This document shows positions 44,500 through 54,063 of a DNA stretch of 64,000 nt, piece by piece; position 1 is the stretch's first letter, and every line of letters begins with the position of its first letter. The DNA is taken from the NCBI GenBank assembly GCA_964534445.1, contig CAZHOE010000001.1, positions 550,493 through 614,492 on the forward strand. The letters are read 5' to 3'. Below the pieces are notes generated by a model. The model was not told the DNA's origin. It did not search any database and was given only the letters and a program-made list of their open reading frames with translations. This stretch comes from an uncultured Micavibrio sp. GTDB lineage: Bacteria; Pseudomonadota; Alphaproteobacteria; Micavibrionales; UBA2020. The position numbers and the translations under genes are program-made.

Positions 44500-46305
44500 T
44501 CACGGTTTTTGATAAGTCGGCGTTTCTTTCCAAAATGTTTCCAGAACTACCCCGTAAACAGGTGCTTTTTCCGGCCGCGCAATGCCTTGGTAGACCGCCA
44601 CCAAGTCCCGCCCGAGATAAAACAGGGGAATCATATAATGCCCCTCCATCAAAACGCGGTCGAGGGCGCGGGTGCGCGCCACCAGCCCCTCCCTTGTCGC
44701 GGCGCGAGCAATACTGTCAGCAATCGTATCGACGGCAGGGCTGCTGACACCCGCATAGTTACGGCTGCCGTTCATGGCGGCGGCGGCACTGCCCCAATAA
44801 TTCATCTGTTCGTTCCCCGGCGATAGCGAATTGATCCAGCGATAGGAGACAATATCGTAATCAAAACTTTCCAGCCGTCCCGCAAATTGGGCGCTATCAA
44901 CCGTGCGCACGCTCGCCTTCATACCGATACGCCGCAACGTGCGGGCAAATTCGATAGCGATTTTTTCTTCGGACGGCGTACCCAGCAAAATTTCAAACTG
45001 CAGTTGTTGTCCCTTTTCATCGACCAGTTTTTGATCCTGATAGATGTATCCCGCTTCTTTGAACAGGCGCAGAGCGTTGCGTTGGCGGTCGCGCATACTG
45101 CCGGTCGGTGCTTTATAGGCCGCGCCAAAAACAGTGGCCGGTAGATGATCGCGGAAAGGTGCCAGCGCCGCCAGTTCTTCGCCGTCTGCTTTGCCACGCG
45201 CCGCCAGTTCGGAGTTTGGAAAGGCACTTTCGATTTTATTCAGCGCCTCGAAATAAAACGTGCGGTTGATCCATTCGTAATTAAACAGATACGATAAGGC
45301 TTCGCGCACACGCGGATCATCCAAAGGCTTGCGGCGCGTGTTAAACACAAAAGCTTTCAGCCATTCGGGGCGGCCATGCGGGATTTCCGCCATGTCAAAA
45401 AGACCTTGGTTTTTGGCATGGCCGTCATAGGCCACTTTCCATTTGGTAATATCGTATTCGCGGCGCAGATCGTATTCCCCCGCCTTGAATGACTGCAAGG
45501 CCACGCTGTCATCGCGGAAATAGCTATAGGTCATCTGGTCAAAATTATACTGCCCGCGGTTGACAGGCAGATCCTTTGCCCAATAATCGGCAACACGCTC
45601 ATAGGTAATCGCACGGCCGGGATCAACGCTGGCGATTTTATAGGGCCCGCTGCCCAGCGGCGGGGTCAGGGTTGTTTTGGTGATATCATTTTGTTCCCAA
45701 TAATGTTTGGGCAAGACGTGCATCAGCGACAGGATCATGACGGTTTCGGGATCATATCCGTCGCCGAAGGTGAACTTTATCGTCTGTTGATCAAGGATCG
45801 TGACGTCCTTGACCAATCCATACACACGGCGGCGCACAGGATGGCCGTGTTTCAAGAACATCTCGTAACTGAATTTGACGTCTTGCGCCGTCATGGGCGT
45901 GCCGTCATGAAACTTGGCTTCGGGACGCAAACGGTAAATCACCCAGGAGCGGTCATCCGGTACTTCTGCCGAAGCCGCCACAAGCCCGTAAAGCGTAAAG
46001 GGCTCATCCCAGACCCGCTGCATCAACTGGTCGGCGATCAAGCTCAGCCCTTCTGCCGCCGTACCCATGATGATATTGGCATTCAGCGTATCGAAACTAC
46101 CTGTTTTTGCAAGCTTGAGCGTGCCGCCCTTCGGCGCATCTGGATTGACGTAGTCGAGATGTTTAAAACCCGCCGCATACTTCGGTGTGCCGTGCATGGC
46201 AAGAGCGTGATAAACCGTGCCGCCCTCTTCCGCCCATGCTTTGTACGGCGTGCCCGTCAGCAACAACAACGCGCAAAAGCTCAAGACAGCATAAAGGCGT
46301 GCCAT
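44500..46305 (-). CDS. ABC-transporter substrate-binding protein, family 5 (YejA-like peptide/microcin-type)
   Basis: 601 aa with a signal peptide ...YKAWA. The pattern is YVNPDAPKGGTL...FDTLN..., with length and layout typical of YejA-type binding proteins. Confidence 0.8.
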   Translation of the reverse strand: MARLYAVLSFCALLLLTGTPYKAWAEEGGTVYHALAMHGTPKYAAGFKHLDYVNPDAPKGGTLKLAKTGSFDTLNANIIMGTAAEGLSLIADQLMQRVWDEPFTLYGLVAASAEVPDDRSWVIYRLRPEAKFHDGTPMTAQDVKFSYEMFLKHGHPVRRRVYGLVKDVTILDQQTIKFTFGDGYDPETVMILSLMHVLPKHYWEQNDITKTTLTPPLGSGPYKIASVDPGRAITYERVADYWAKDLPVNRGQYNFDQMTYSYFRDDSVALQSFKAGEYDLRREYDITKWKVAYDGHAKNQGLFDMAEIPHGRPEWLKAFVFNTRRKPLDDPRVREALSYLFNYEWINRTFYFEALNKIESAFPNSELAARGKADGEELAALAPFRDHLPATVFGAAYKAPTGSMRDRQRNALRLFKEAGYIYQDQKLVDEKGQQLQFEILLGTPSEEKIAIEFARTLRRIGMKASVRTVDSAQFAGRLESFDYDIVSYRWINSLSPGNEQMNYWGSAAAAMNGSRNYAGVSSPAVDTIADSIARAATREGLVARTRALDRVLMEGHYMIPLFYLGRDLVAVYQGIARPEKAPVYGVVLETFWKETPTYQKP

Positions 46306-46312
46306 ATGCAGG

Positions 46313-47308
46313 TCAGACCGCTTTTTTCAGTTGCAGCAATGCGGCAAGATCCATTTGCGGACGCGCGCCGACGTGGGCAATCACTTCGGCTGCCGCGAGC
46401 GAGGCCAAGCGGCCGCATTCCGCCAACGGCATATCGCGCGTGAGGCCGTATAGGAAACCTGCCGCATACATATCTCCGGCGCCGGTGGTATCCAACACTT
46501 TGATAACAGGTGCGGCGGCGACCACGACCGTTTCTTCGCCCGATATAATGACCGAGCCTTTTTCCGAACGGGTCAGCGCCGCAATGTGGCAATGGCCGCG
46601 TACGTGATAAACGGCCTCTTCAAAGCTTTTAACCTGATAGAGAGATTTGATTTCTGCTTCATTGGCAAAAAGAATATCGACATGTTTTTGCACAAGATCC
46701 AGAAACTGGTCGCGGTGACGCTCCACACAGAAAGAGTCGGAAAGCGACAGGGCTACTTTCTTCCCGGCCGCATGCGCGATTTCACAGGCGCGCATGAAGG
46801 CCTGCTTGGCGTGCGGTCGGTCAAACAAATACCCTTCCAGATAGGTAATGCCGGCATTGGCGATCATGTCTTCATCCAGATCGCTCGGCGCCAGCCAGAC
46901 GCAGGCCCCCAGAAAGGTGCACATCGTGCGTTGCGCATCCGGCGTAATCAAAATAAGACAGCGCGCGGTTGACGGGCCGTCTTCCATCGCTGCGGTATCA
47001 AACTGCACACCCGTGGCGCAGATATCGTGACGGAACACTTTACCAAGCTGATCATTGGATACTTTACCAATGAAGCCGGCTTTCCCGCCCATCGTGGCAA
47101 ATGCTGCAATGGTATTGGCCACAGAGCCGCCGGAAACGGCCGTACCCGGGCCCATTTTCTGATACAGAGATTCCGCCTGATCTTCTTCAATCAAGGTCAT
47201 GGAGCCTTTGTTCAACTGATGGGTGGTCAGGAAGTCTTCTTCCGTTCTGGAAAGCACATCGACGATTGCATTGCCGATGCCGACAATTTCTACAGGCTCT
47301 TTACTCAT
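46313..47308 (-). CDS. Adenosine kinase / PfkB-family ribokinase-like kinase
   Basis: IVGIGNAIVDVL, GGSVANT, and the C-terminal DTTGAGDMYAAGFLYG. Confidence 0.75.
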   Translation of the reverse strand: MSKEPVEIVGIGNAIVDVLSRTEEDFLTTHQLNKGSMTLIEEDQAESLYQKMGPGTAVSGGSVANTIAAFATMGGKAGFIGKVSNDQLGKVFRHDICATGVQFDTAAMEDGPSTARCLILITPDAQRTMCTFLGACVWLAPSDLDEDMIANAGITYLEGYLFDRPHAKQAFMRACEIAHAAGKKVALSLSDSFCVERHRDQFLDLVQKHVDILFANEAEIKSLYQVKSFEEAVYHVRGHCHIAALTRSEKGSVIISGEETVVVAAAPVIKVLDTTGAGDMYAAGFLYGLTRDMPLAECGRLASLAAAEVIAHVGARPQMDLAALLQLKKAV

Positions 47309-47357
47309 GCCGTTTACCTCTGTATTTTTAATATTACGTCTCCAAAATCAGGAACAA

Positions 47358-47996
47358 ATGATGGCACAAAAGAAACAGCAAAACCAGACGAAAGTCAAAA
47401 AGACCCGTAAATCCGAGGATATACGCCCCAAAGCCGCAAAGGCAGCACTTGACCTTGCCGCCGTGCGCGGATGGGATCATGTCACGTTGCAGGATATCGC
47501 CACCGAAAGCGGCTTGTCCGAGAAAGCGGTCAAGGCGGTCTTCGACGATATCTGGGATATTCTGGCCTATGTGCTGCAAGACATCGCCGATAAAACCACG
47601 GCAGAGGTCAAAGACTATCTCACTGATGACTGGCCGGAAAATACGATGGAAATTCTCATGACCCGCTTTGATCTTGCACAGGATCACCGTGCGGCTTTCA
47701 AACGTCTGCCGCGCGATCTTGCCAAACACCCGCGCACCATGCGCCGCCTTGCGCGCCGTTTTTACAACGCGATGCGCGAGATTTTGCTGCTGGCCAGCTT
47801 CCCGGCAGAGGATATCAATCCCGCCACCGTCAGCGGCTTTGGCCTGCTGTATGCCTCAATCGTTGAGACGTGGTCAAAGGATGAAACACCCGACATGGCG
47901 CGCACCATGGCGGCGATTGATAAACGGCTGGGTTATTTTGTGCGCGCGGCATCTTGCCTGTCGCGCTTGCCGGCCTGCCCGACAACGCGTGACTAA
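47358..47996 (+). CDS. TetR-family transcriptional regulator
   Basis: I chose the start at ATG 47358. The HTH region is ALDLAAVRGWDHVTLQDIATESGLSEKAVKAVF. Confidence 0.7.
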   Translation: MMAQKKQQNQTKVKKTRKSEDIRPKAAKAALDLAAVRGWDHVTLQDIATESGLSEKAVKAVFDDIWDILAYVLQDIADKTTAEVKDYLTDDWPENTMEILMTRFDLAQDHRAAFKRLPRDLAKHPRTMRRLARRFYNAMREILLLASFPAEDINPATVSGFGLLYASIVETWSKDETPDMARTMAAIDKRLGYFVRAASCLSRLPACPTTRD

Positions 47997-49342
47997 GACG
48001 GCAAGCGGATGACGACCCGCAAGCCGCCCTGGTTGCTGCTTTCCATGAAGATCTCCCCGCCATGGGCATGCACCACATCCCGTGCAATGGCAAGGCCGAG
48101 GCCGAGGCCGCCGGTCGCCTTGTTGCGTGATTTTTCGATGCGATAAAAGGGCCGGAATACCTCTTCGCGCAGCTCTTCCGCAATACCGGGGCCGTTATCA
48201 TCGACCGTAATCACGATCATATCCAATTGCTCATAGGCATTCACCCAGACTTTGGGCGCGTATTTACAGGCATTGGAAATCACATTCGAAATGGCGCGTT
48301 CAATCGCCAGAGGACGCAGGCGGATCATCATACGGTCGGCCAGATTATCTTCTATATCGCCGCTCTGGCGGCGCGCCTTCGCGATAATACGGTCGAGCAT
48401 TTCACGCATATCCGTCATTTCGATGGCTTCCGTGCCCTCGCCTTTGGCAAACGTCAGATAGCCCTCCAGCATGCGCTCCATTTCCTCGATATCCTGCCGC
48501 AGGTTATCGGTTTCAGGATCCTGCGGCGCCATGGCCAATTGCAGCTTCATCCGAGTTAGTGGGGTGCGCAAGTCATGCGAGACCCCCGCGAGCATGGCGG
48601 TGCGCTGTTCAATCTGGCGTTTTAAACGATCTTTCATTTCCAAAAACGCGCGCGAGGCCTGCCGCACTTCGGAGGCGCCGACAGGCTTGAAATCAGGCAC
48701 ATCCTGCCCCTTACCGAATTTTTCTGCTACAACGGCCAAGCGGCGAATGGGGCGGATCTGGTTGCGCATAAACAAAATCGCAATACCAAACAAAACGACG
48801 GCGCTACCGATCAGCCAGAGGATAAAGATATAGGTCGTCGCACTGGTCAAACGGCGCATGGGACACATAAAGGTTGCCATTTCCCCGTCATTCAGGCGCA
48901 CGAGGATATTGAATTCCTTTTCCACATCCGATGACGACAGGACAAAATGCGCCGTCAGGCGGCGCTGCAAGGATTCTTGCAATTTCTTGTCCATACTGAA
49001 CCAGTAGAGCATTTCGAAAGCAGCCGACTCCTGTGACAGGAGGTCTTCGTCCGCATCCGTGATGTGAATATCAATATCCAGACTGCGCGCGGCAGCGGCG
49101 ATTACATCCGCCCTTTCCGCCTCGTTTTCCGCCTGCTGCAATTGCGTTGTCAGCATGCTGATTTCGCCGGCCAGCCCATAGACAAGGCGCGATGACATGG
49201 AATCCCAGTGACGGTCAAAGAAAATAAACGACACGATCAATTGCAGCAGCAGAATCGGCGTTGCAATAATCATCAGCGACCGCCCGAACAAGGTGCTGGG
49301 CAGTAAACGGCGTTTCAGTGTGGAGAGGAATGTTGTCGCCAT
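47993..49342 (-). CDS. EnvZ-like sensor histidine kinase (TM-periplasmic-TM-HAMP-HisKA-HATPase)
   Basis: 449 aa. The H-box is VSHDLRTPLTRM and the HATPase boxes are NACKYA, DDNGPGI and GLGLGLAI. Confidence 0.85.
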   Translation of the reverse strand: MATTFLSTLKRRLLPSTLFGRSLMIIATPILLLQLIVSFIFFDRHWDSMSSRLVYGLAGEISMLTTQLQQAENEAERADVIAAAARSLDIDIHITDADEDLLSQESAAFEMLYWFSMDKKLQESLQRRLTAHFVLSSSDVEKEFNILVRLNDGEMATFMCPMRRLTSATTYIFILWLIGSAVVLFGIAILFMRNQIRPIRRLAVVAEKFGKGQDVPDFKPVGASEVRQASRAFLEMKDRLKRQIEQRTAMLAGVSHDLRTPLTRMKLQLAMAPQDPETDNLRQDIEEMERMLEGYLTFAKGEGTEAIEMTDMREMLDRIIAKARRQSGDIEDNLADRMMIRLRPLAIERAISNVISNACKYAPKVWVNAYEQLDMIVITVDDNGPGIAEELREEVFRPFYRIEKSRNKATGGLGLGLAIARDVVHAHGGEIFMESSNQGGLRVVIRLPS

Positions 49343-49347
49343 GATTA

Positions 49348-50082
49348 TTACTCATCCGCCCATAAAACATAGCCTTTGCCGCGCACTGTCTGGATATATT
49401 TAGGCACGCGCGGGTCGTCTTCAACTTTTTTGCGCAGGCGCGTGATTTGCACATCGATGGATCGCTCGCTCGCGCTCATTTCGCACATCTCGGCCAGATC
49501 TTCACGGCTGACGACTTCGCCCTTGCGGCTGGCGAGCGCACGGACAAGCGTGTGCTCGACGGAGGTCAGCAAAACACGCTCCCCGCCTGCATCCTGCAAT
49601 TCGCCTTTTTCAACGTCGAGCTGCCAGCGGCCGAGCGGCAGGACGGATTTTTTCTCCGCCGGCTTTGCCGCCTGCGTACGGCGCAAAATGGCATGGAGGC
49701 GCAAAAGCAATTCACGCGGCTCGAACGGTTTGGGCAGATAATCATCGGCGCCGGCTTCCAGACCGTTGATGCGTTGTTCCGTCTCCCCCAGTGCGGTCAA
49801 CAGCAGGACAGGCGTGCTGAACCCCTCGTCTTTCAGACCCTTGGTCAGTGCCATGCCGTCCTCGCCCGGCATCATCACGTCCAAAATCAGGATGTCATAG
49901 GCAAGATATTCTAAAATTTCCCGCGCGTTTGCGGCATCAACCGCCGTGGTGACCAGAAAACCGTTCTCCGTCAAAAAGCGCGACAAGAGCTGGCGCAAAC
50001 GCTCGTCATCATCTACGACCAGAATATGCGGTTTCTGGTCGGGAGAAATATCATCGGTCCTGGATTTTATTTCAGTATTCAT
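49348..50082 (-). CDS. OmpR-family response regulator (REC plus winged helix)
   Basis: ILVVDDDERLR, ILDVMMPGEDG, LLLTA, PKPF. The DNA-binding part reads LTSVEHTLVRALA...IDVQITRLRKKVE...IQTVRGKGY. Confidence 0.9.
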   Translation of the reverse strand: MNTEIKSRTDDISPDQKPHILVVDDDERLRQLLSRFLTENGFLVTTAVDAANAREILEYLAYDILILDVMMPGEDGMALTKGLKDEGFSTPVLLLTALGETEQRINGLEAGADDYLPKPFEPRELLLRLHAILRRTQAAKPAEKKSVLPLGRWQLDVEKGELQDAGGERVLLTSVEHTLVRALASRKGEVVSREDLAEMCEMSASERSIDVQITRLRKKVEDDPRVPKYIQTVRGKGYVLWADE

Positions 50083-50184
50083 AACACCTAGCGGGGTTGT
50101 CGTATCGAAGTATTCAGGATACTATGGCCGTATTCAACTGCTCAAGTTTACAGGCTGCTACACGGACAGGATACAGGAAATATC

Positions 50185-51075
50185 ATGGCTTTGGTTCCCT
50201 ACGACGATCGCGACGGCTTTATCTGGCTCGATGGCAAACTGGTGCCGTGGCGGGATGCCAAGTTCCATTTCCTGACCCATTCGCTGCACTACGCCAGCGC
50301 CATTTTTGAAGGTCTGCGTTGTTATAACGGCCATATTTTCAAGCTGGCCGATCATAGCCAGCGCCTGATCGACGGCTGCAAGATTATGGATATGAACTTT
50401 CCCTATACGCTGGAGCAAGTCAACGAAGCCTGCAGGGAAGCCGTCAAAGCCAATAACATTACCAATGGCTATGTCCGCCCCCTCGTCTGGCGCGGGGCGC
50501 AGCAAATGGGTGTAGCGGCGCCGCAGGCCAATATCCATTTCGGTGTCGCCGCGTGGGACTGGCCGCAGTATTACAAAGGCGACCTCCTCGAAAAAGGCAT
50601 CCGCGTGACGACATCACAATGGCGCCGCCCGGCGCCGGATACGGCACCCGTGCATGTAAAAGCCAGCGGCCTTTACATGATCTGCACGATTTCCAAACAG
50701 GCGGCGGAAGCCAAGGGGTATAACGACGCCCTGATGCTGGATTACCGCGGCTATGTGGCGGAACTGACCAGTGCTAATTTCTTTATGATCAAGGATGGCA
50801 TCCTTCATACGCCCATCGCCGATTGCTTCCTGAACGGCATCACCCGCCGCACCGTCATCGACCTTGCCAAAGGTTTGGGGATTGAAGTGCAAGAACGTGT
50901 GATCCTGCCCGATGAGCTGGCGCTAGCCGATGAATGTTTCGCGACCGGTACGGCAGCAGAGATCACGCCGATCGGCTGCATCGATAATACAAACTATACC
51001 GTCGGCCCCGTCACCCGCCAGATCCGCGAAGCTTATAGCAAGCTGGTGCGTGCATCGAAGGCGGAAGCAGCTTAA
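50185..51075 (+). CDS. ilvE: Branched-chain amino acid aminotransferase
   Basis: 296 aa: GFIWLDGKLVPWRDAKFHFLTHSLHYASAIFEGLRCY..., class IV aminotransferase layout. Confidence 0.9.
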   Translation: MALVPYDDRDGFIWLDGKLVPWRDAKFHFLTHSLHYASAIFEGLRCYNGHIFKLADHSQRLIDGCKIMDMNFPYTLEQVNEACREAVKANNITNGYVRPLVWRGAQQMGVAAPQANIHFGVAAWDWPQYYKGDLLEKGIRVTTSQWRRPAPDTAPVHVKASGLYMICTISKQAAEAKGYNDALMLDYRGYVAELTSANFFMIKDGILHTPIADCFLNGITRRTVIDLAKGLGIEVQERVILPDELALADECFATGTAAEITPIGCIDNTNYTVGPVTRQIREAYSKLVRASKAEAA

Positions 51076-51078
51076 GCC

Positions 51079-51585
51079 TTATTGAGTAAGGCTTTTTTTC
51101 CAAGCCTTCAATTTATCCACATAGCGCATGCCCGCATGCGCCGGGCTGGTGGACGGCAGTTGTATAATCGTCAACCGCGCGGCAATATCCTCGGCCAAAG
51201 ACGACATGACGTGCTTTTGAAACACCCGCGCCGCCGTCCCGCCGTTCAGGCAGACCTGCATGATGGTTTTGTGTTTTTTAAAGAACGCGGCAAAGTCATT
51301 CACGATCATGCTGTCTTGTTGAATCGCGGCATCGAGGCTGCCTTTCCGCTCGCAATATTTCAGCACATCCCAGAGCGCGAGGTTATACCGACGGATCAGA
51401 TCACAGCGCGCCGCATAATCCGGCACAGCGACGCCGAAAATATCGCCCATGATCTTCCAGAAAGCATTTTGCGGATGTGCGTAGTATTGCTGCGCCGCCA
51501 GCGATTTGATGCCGGGCATAGAGCCCAGTATCAAAATGCGCGGCTGTGCAGCCACAATCGGCGGAAAGCTGTGCGCGTGATGCAC
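51079..51585 (-). CDS. DNA-deoxyinosine glycosylase (uracil-DNA glycosylase superfamily, family 6-like)
   Basis: PRILILGSMPGIKSLAAQQYYAHPQNAFWKIMG and LPSTSPAH fit the family-6 pattern as I recall it. Confidence 0.6.
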   Translation of the reverse strand: MHHAHSFPPIVAAQPRILILGSMPGIKSLAAQQYYAHPQNAFWKIMGDIFGVAVPDYAARCDLIRRYNLALWDVLKYCERKGSLDAAIQQDSMIVNDFAAFFKKHKTIMQVCLNGGTAARVFQKHVMSSLAEDIAARLTIIQLPSTSPAHAGMRYVDKLKAWKKSLTQ

Positions 51586-51594
51586 GGGTTGGCT

Positions 51595-52743
51595 TTACGC
51601 GACTTTGCGTTTATCCAGCGGCTGCACAGGGCGCTGCGGGACACCGTTATAGACGGCCAGCGGGCGCACCAGTTTGTTATCTGTCAGCTGCTCCATGATA
51701 TGCGCCGTCCAGCCGGTGATGCGGCTCATCACAAAAATCGGCGTAAAGATCGGGATTTCAAAACCCATCAGGTAATAGGCAGGGCCTACCGGATAATCGA
51801 GGTTCGGGTGGATGTTCTTTTTTTCCAGCATGGTTTTTTGCAGGATGTTTTCGATCTCGATCCACTTTTGGCCACCTTTGAGCGCAGCCATATCATGGAA
51901 ATATTTGGTCATATAGGGCACGCGGCTGTCACCGTTTCGATACACGCGGTGACCAAAACCCATAACGAGTTTTTTCTTTTCAGACAGTGCTTCGTCAATC
52001 CATGCCTGTGCCTTGTCGGGACTGCCGATGTCGAGCAGCATATGCATGACCGCTTCGTTCGCGCCGCCGTGCAGTGGCCCTTTGAGCGAGCCGATGGCGC
52101 CCGTCACAGCCGAATAAATATCGGACAGAGACGACGTAATCGTACGGGCGGTAAAGGTAGAAGCATTAAAGCTATGCTCCGCATAGAAAGTCAGCGAGGC
52201 ATCAAAGCAGCGCACGATACGCGCATCCGGCACGTTGCCGAAATACATGTGGAAGAAATTTTCTGCCATGGTGAGGTCTTCGCGCGGCGCAATCGGCTCC
52301 TGCCCTTTGCGGATGCGGAAATCGGCGGCGATAATCGTCGGGATTTTCGCCAGCATACGAATGGATTTTTGCAGGTTGCCGGCGGGCGTCATATCGTCCC
52401 ATGACGCATCTTCAACACCCAAAAAGCTGACGGCGGTGCGCAACGTATCCATGGGGTGCGCATCTGTGCGGAACTGGCGCAAAACGTTCATCAATTCGTT
52501 GCTGATGCCGCGCTGGCTGCGTTCTTCTTTTTCAAAAGCCGCCAGTTGATCCGCCGTCGGCAGATCGCCGTGCCAGAGCAGATAGGCCACTTCTTCGAAC
52601 CGGCAATGTTCTGCCAGTTCTTGCACCGGATAGCCGTAGTAAGTCAGCGTATTGGTTTCGTCAAAAACCTTGGAGATACGCGACGTGTCGGAATAAATCC
52701 CGGCAAGGCCTTTGGCGATTTGCGGTGTGGTTGTGTCCGTCAT
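51595..52743 (-). CDS. prpC: 2-methylcitrate synthase / citrate synthase family
   Basis: I chose the start at ATG 52743 (MTDTTTPQIAKGLAGI...). The motifs are GYPVQELA, GPLHGGANE and GFGHRVY. It lies next to prpB and prpD. Confidence 0.8.
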   Translation of the reverse strand: MTDTTTPQIAKGLAGIYSDTSRISKVFDETNTLTYYGYPVQELAEHCRFEEVAYLLWHGDLPTADQLAAFEKEERSQRGISNELMNVLRQFRTDAHPMDTLRTAVSFLGVEDASWDDMTPAGNLQKSIRMLAKIPTIIAADFRIRKGQEPIAPREDLTMAENFFHMYFGNVPDARIVRCFDASLTFYAEHSFNASTFTARTITSSLSDIYSAVTGAIGSLKGPLHGGANEAVMHMLLDIGSPDKAQAWIDEALSEKKKLVMGFGHRVYRNGDSRVPYMTKYFHDMAALKGGQKWIEIENILQKTMLEKKNIHPNLDYPVGPAYYLMGFEIPIFTPIFVMSRITGWTAHIMEQLTDNKLVRPLAVYNGVPQRPVQPLDKRKVA

Positions 52744-52936
52744 CTTCTTGTTCCTTTTATCTATCTTTGAATTTCTGCCTTTATGAGTAACGCGCCAGCG
52801 GTTGAATTTCAAGGCTTGTTTTACACAAAGGCTTATAAATTACCCTTTAAAAACAATACATTAAAGCGTAACACTTTCTTCATAAAAAGCGTGTTATAAT
52901 AAAATTACTTTGGTACGTAGTGAAGGAGTAGCCACC

Positions 52937-53098
52937 GTGGAACTCGCCGCCATCGCCGCACAGCAAGCCATGTTTCAACAGCAGATGATGCTGTCCATGG
53001 TCAAAAGCAGTGTAGAATCGCAACAAGCGGTTGCGCAGATGGTTGCAGAAACGGTCAATGCTACAGGTACGGGCCAGATAGTGAATATGCAGGTATAG
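52937..53098 (+). CDS. Small YjfB-like ('putative motility protein' family) protein
   Basis: The likely start is GTG 52937, 8 nt after GAAGGAG. The track gives 52910. The sequence ELAAIAAQQAMFQQQMMLSMVKSSVESQQAVAQMVAE follows the YjfB pattern. An extended -10 (TGTTATAAT) lies upstream and a terminator downstream. Confidence 0.4.
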   Translation: MELAAIAAQQAMFQQQMMLSMVKSSVESQQAVAQMVAETVNATGTGQIVNMQV

Positions 53099-53124
53099 AG
53101 GCCTCCCCTGGTATTCACGTAGGG

Positions 53125-53157
53125 ATCCGCCGCTTAAAAAAGCGAGCGGATTTTTTA
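53125..53157 (+). terminator. Rho-independent terminator after the small + strand gene
   Basis: ATCCGCCGCT / AGCGAGCGGAT hairpin followed by TTTTTT (53151-56). It abuts the prpB stop codon on the other strand. Confidence 0.6.
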
Positions 53158-54063
53158 TGCCTGCTTTTTCTTATCCACCACCATTGCACGTGCCGCCACC
53201 TGACCCTCGTAATCAATCAGCGCCTGATAGTATTCGCGGTTTTGCAGCTTGTCCTGCTTCACGAGATCGCGCTGCGATCCCGTATCATGGATTTCCTTGT
53301 ACATATGGGCCGCCGTCTGGCGCTGGCCGCGATACACGGATAGCGGGTTCAGCACGATGTCGATATTGCCGCCGCTGGCTGCTGCCAGCTCTTTCGGCGT
53401 TTGCAGTGCCACCTTGCCAAATTCCGTCATATTGGCGAGGACGGGCTTGCCGCCCGCCGCCTGTTTGACAGCCGCATAAGCTGCCGCATCGGGGAAAGCT
53501 TCGGCAAAAATCACATCCGCGCCGGCTGCGGCATAAGCGGTAATACGCTCCAACGTTTTATCAAGCCCTTCGACCGCTAGCGCATCGGTACGCGCCATCA
53601 TGACGAAATCAGGGTCTTTCTTGGCTGCCACCGCGCGCGCAACGCGGTCGGCGGCGGCTTCCAAACTGACTACATGTTTGCCGGGCAAATGGCCGCAGGC
53701 CTTCAGGTCTTCCTGATCTTCCAAATGCACGGCGGCAACGCCGAGCGCCTCGATCGTGCGGATGGTTTCGGCCACATCGTCAAACCCCGTGTCAATATCC
53801 ACGAGCACGGGCAGCTGCGTACCGCTGTCCATCACGCGTTTGACGTTTTCGACCACATGGTGCAGCTCCAGTCGGCCGATGTCCGCCCAGCCGCGGGATG
53901 CGGCCATCTGGCTGCCGGACATATAGATCGCCTTGAAGCCTGCCTTTTCCGCTTCAAGCGCATCACTGCCGTCACCAACGCCGATGATATGCAGCGGCGC
54001 GCCGGCGGCAAGAGCTGCGGCCATGGCATCGCGGAAACGTTTACCGGGGGATGGATTTGTCAT
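53155..54063 (-). CDS. prpB: Methylisocitrate lyase (PEP mutase/isocitrate lyase superfamily)
   Basis: AGFKAIYMSGS, LPVLVDIDTGF, AAVHLEDQ...KACGH, FVMMARTDALAVEG, GADVIFAEA, LANMTEFG. The ATG at 54063 shares one base with the prpD stop (TAATG). Confidence 0.85.
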   Translation of the reverse strand: MTNPSPGKRFRDAMAAALAAGAPLHIIGVGDGSDALEAEKAGFKAIYMSGSQMAASRGWADIGRLELHHVVENVKRVMDSGTQLPVLVDIDTGFDDVAETIRTIEALGVAAVHLEDQEDLKACGHLPGKHVVSLEAAADRVARAVAAKKDPDFVMMARTDALAVEGLDKTLERITAYAAAGADVIFAEAFPDAAAYAAVKQAAGGKPVLANMTEFGKVALQTPKELAAASGGNIDIVLNPLSVYRGQRQTAAHMYKEIHDTGSQRDLVKQDKLQNREYYQALIDYEGQVAARAMVVDKKKQA

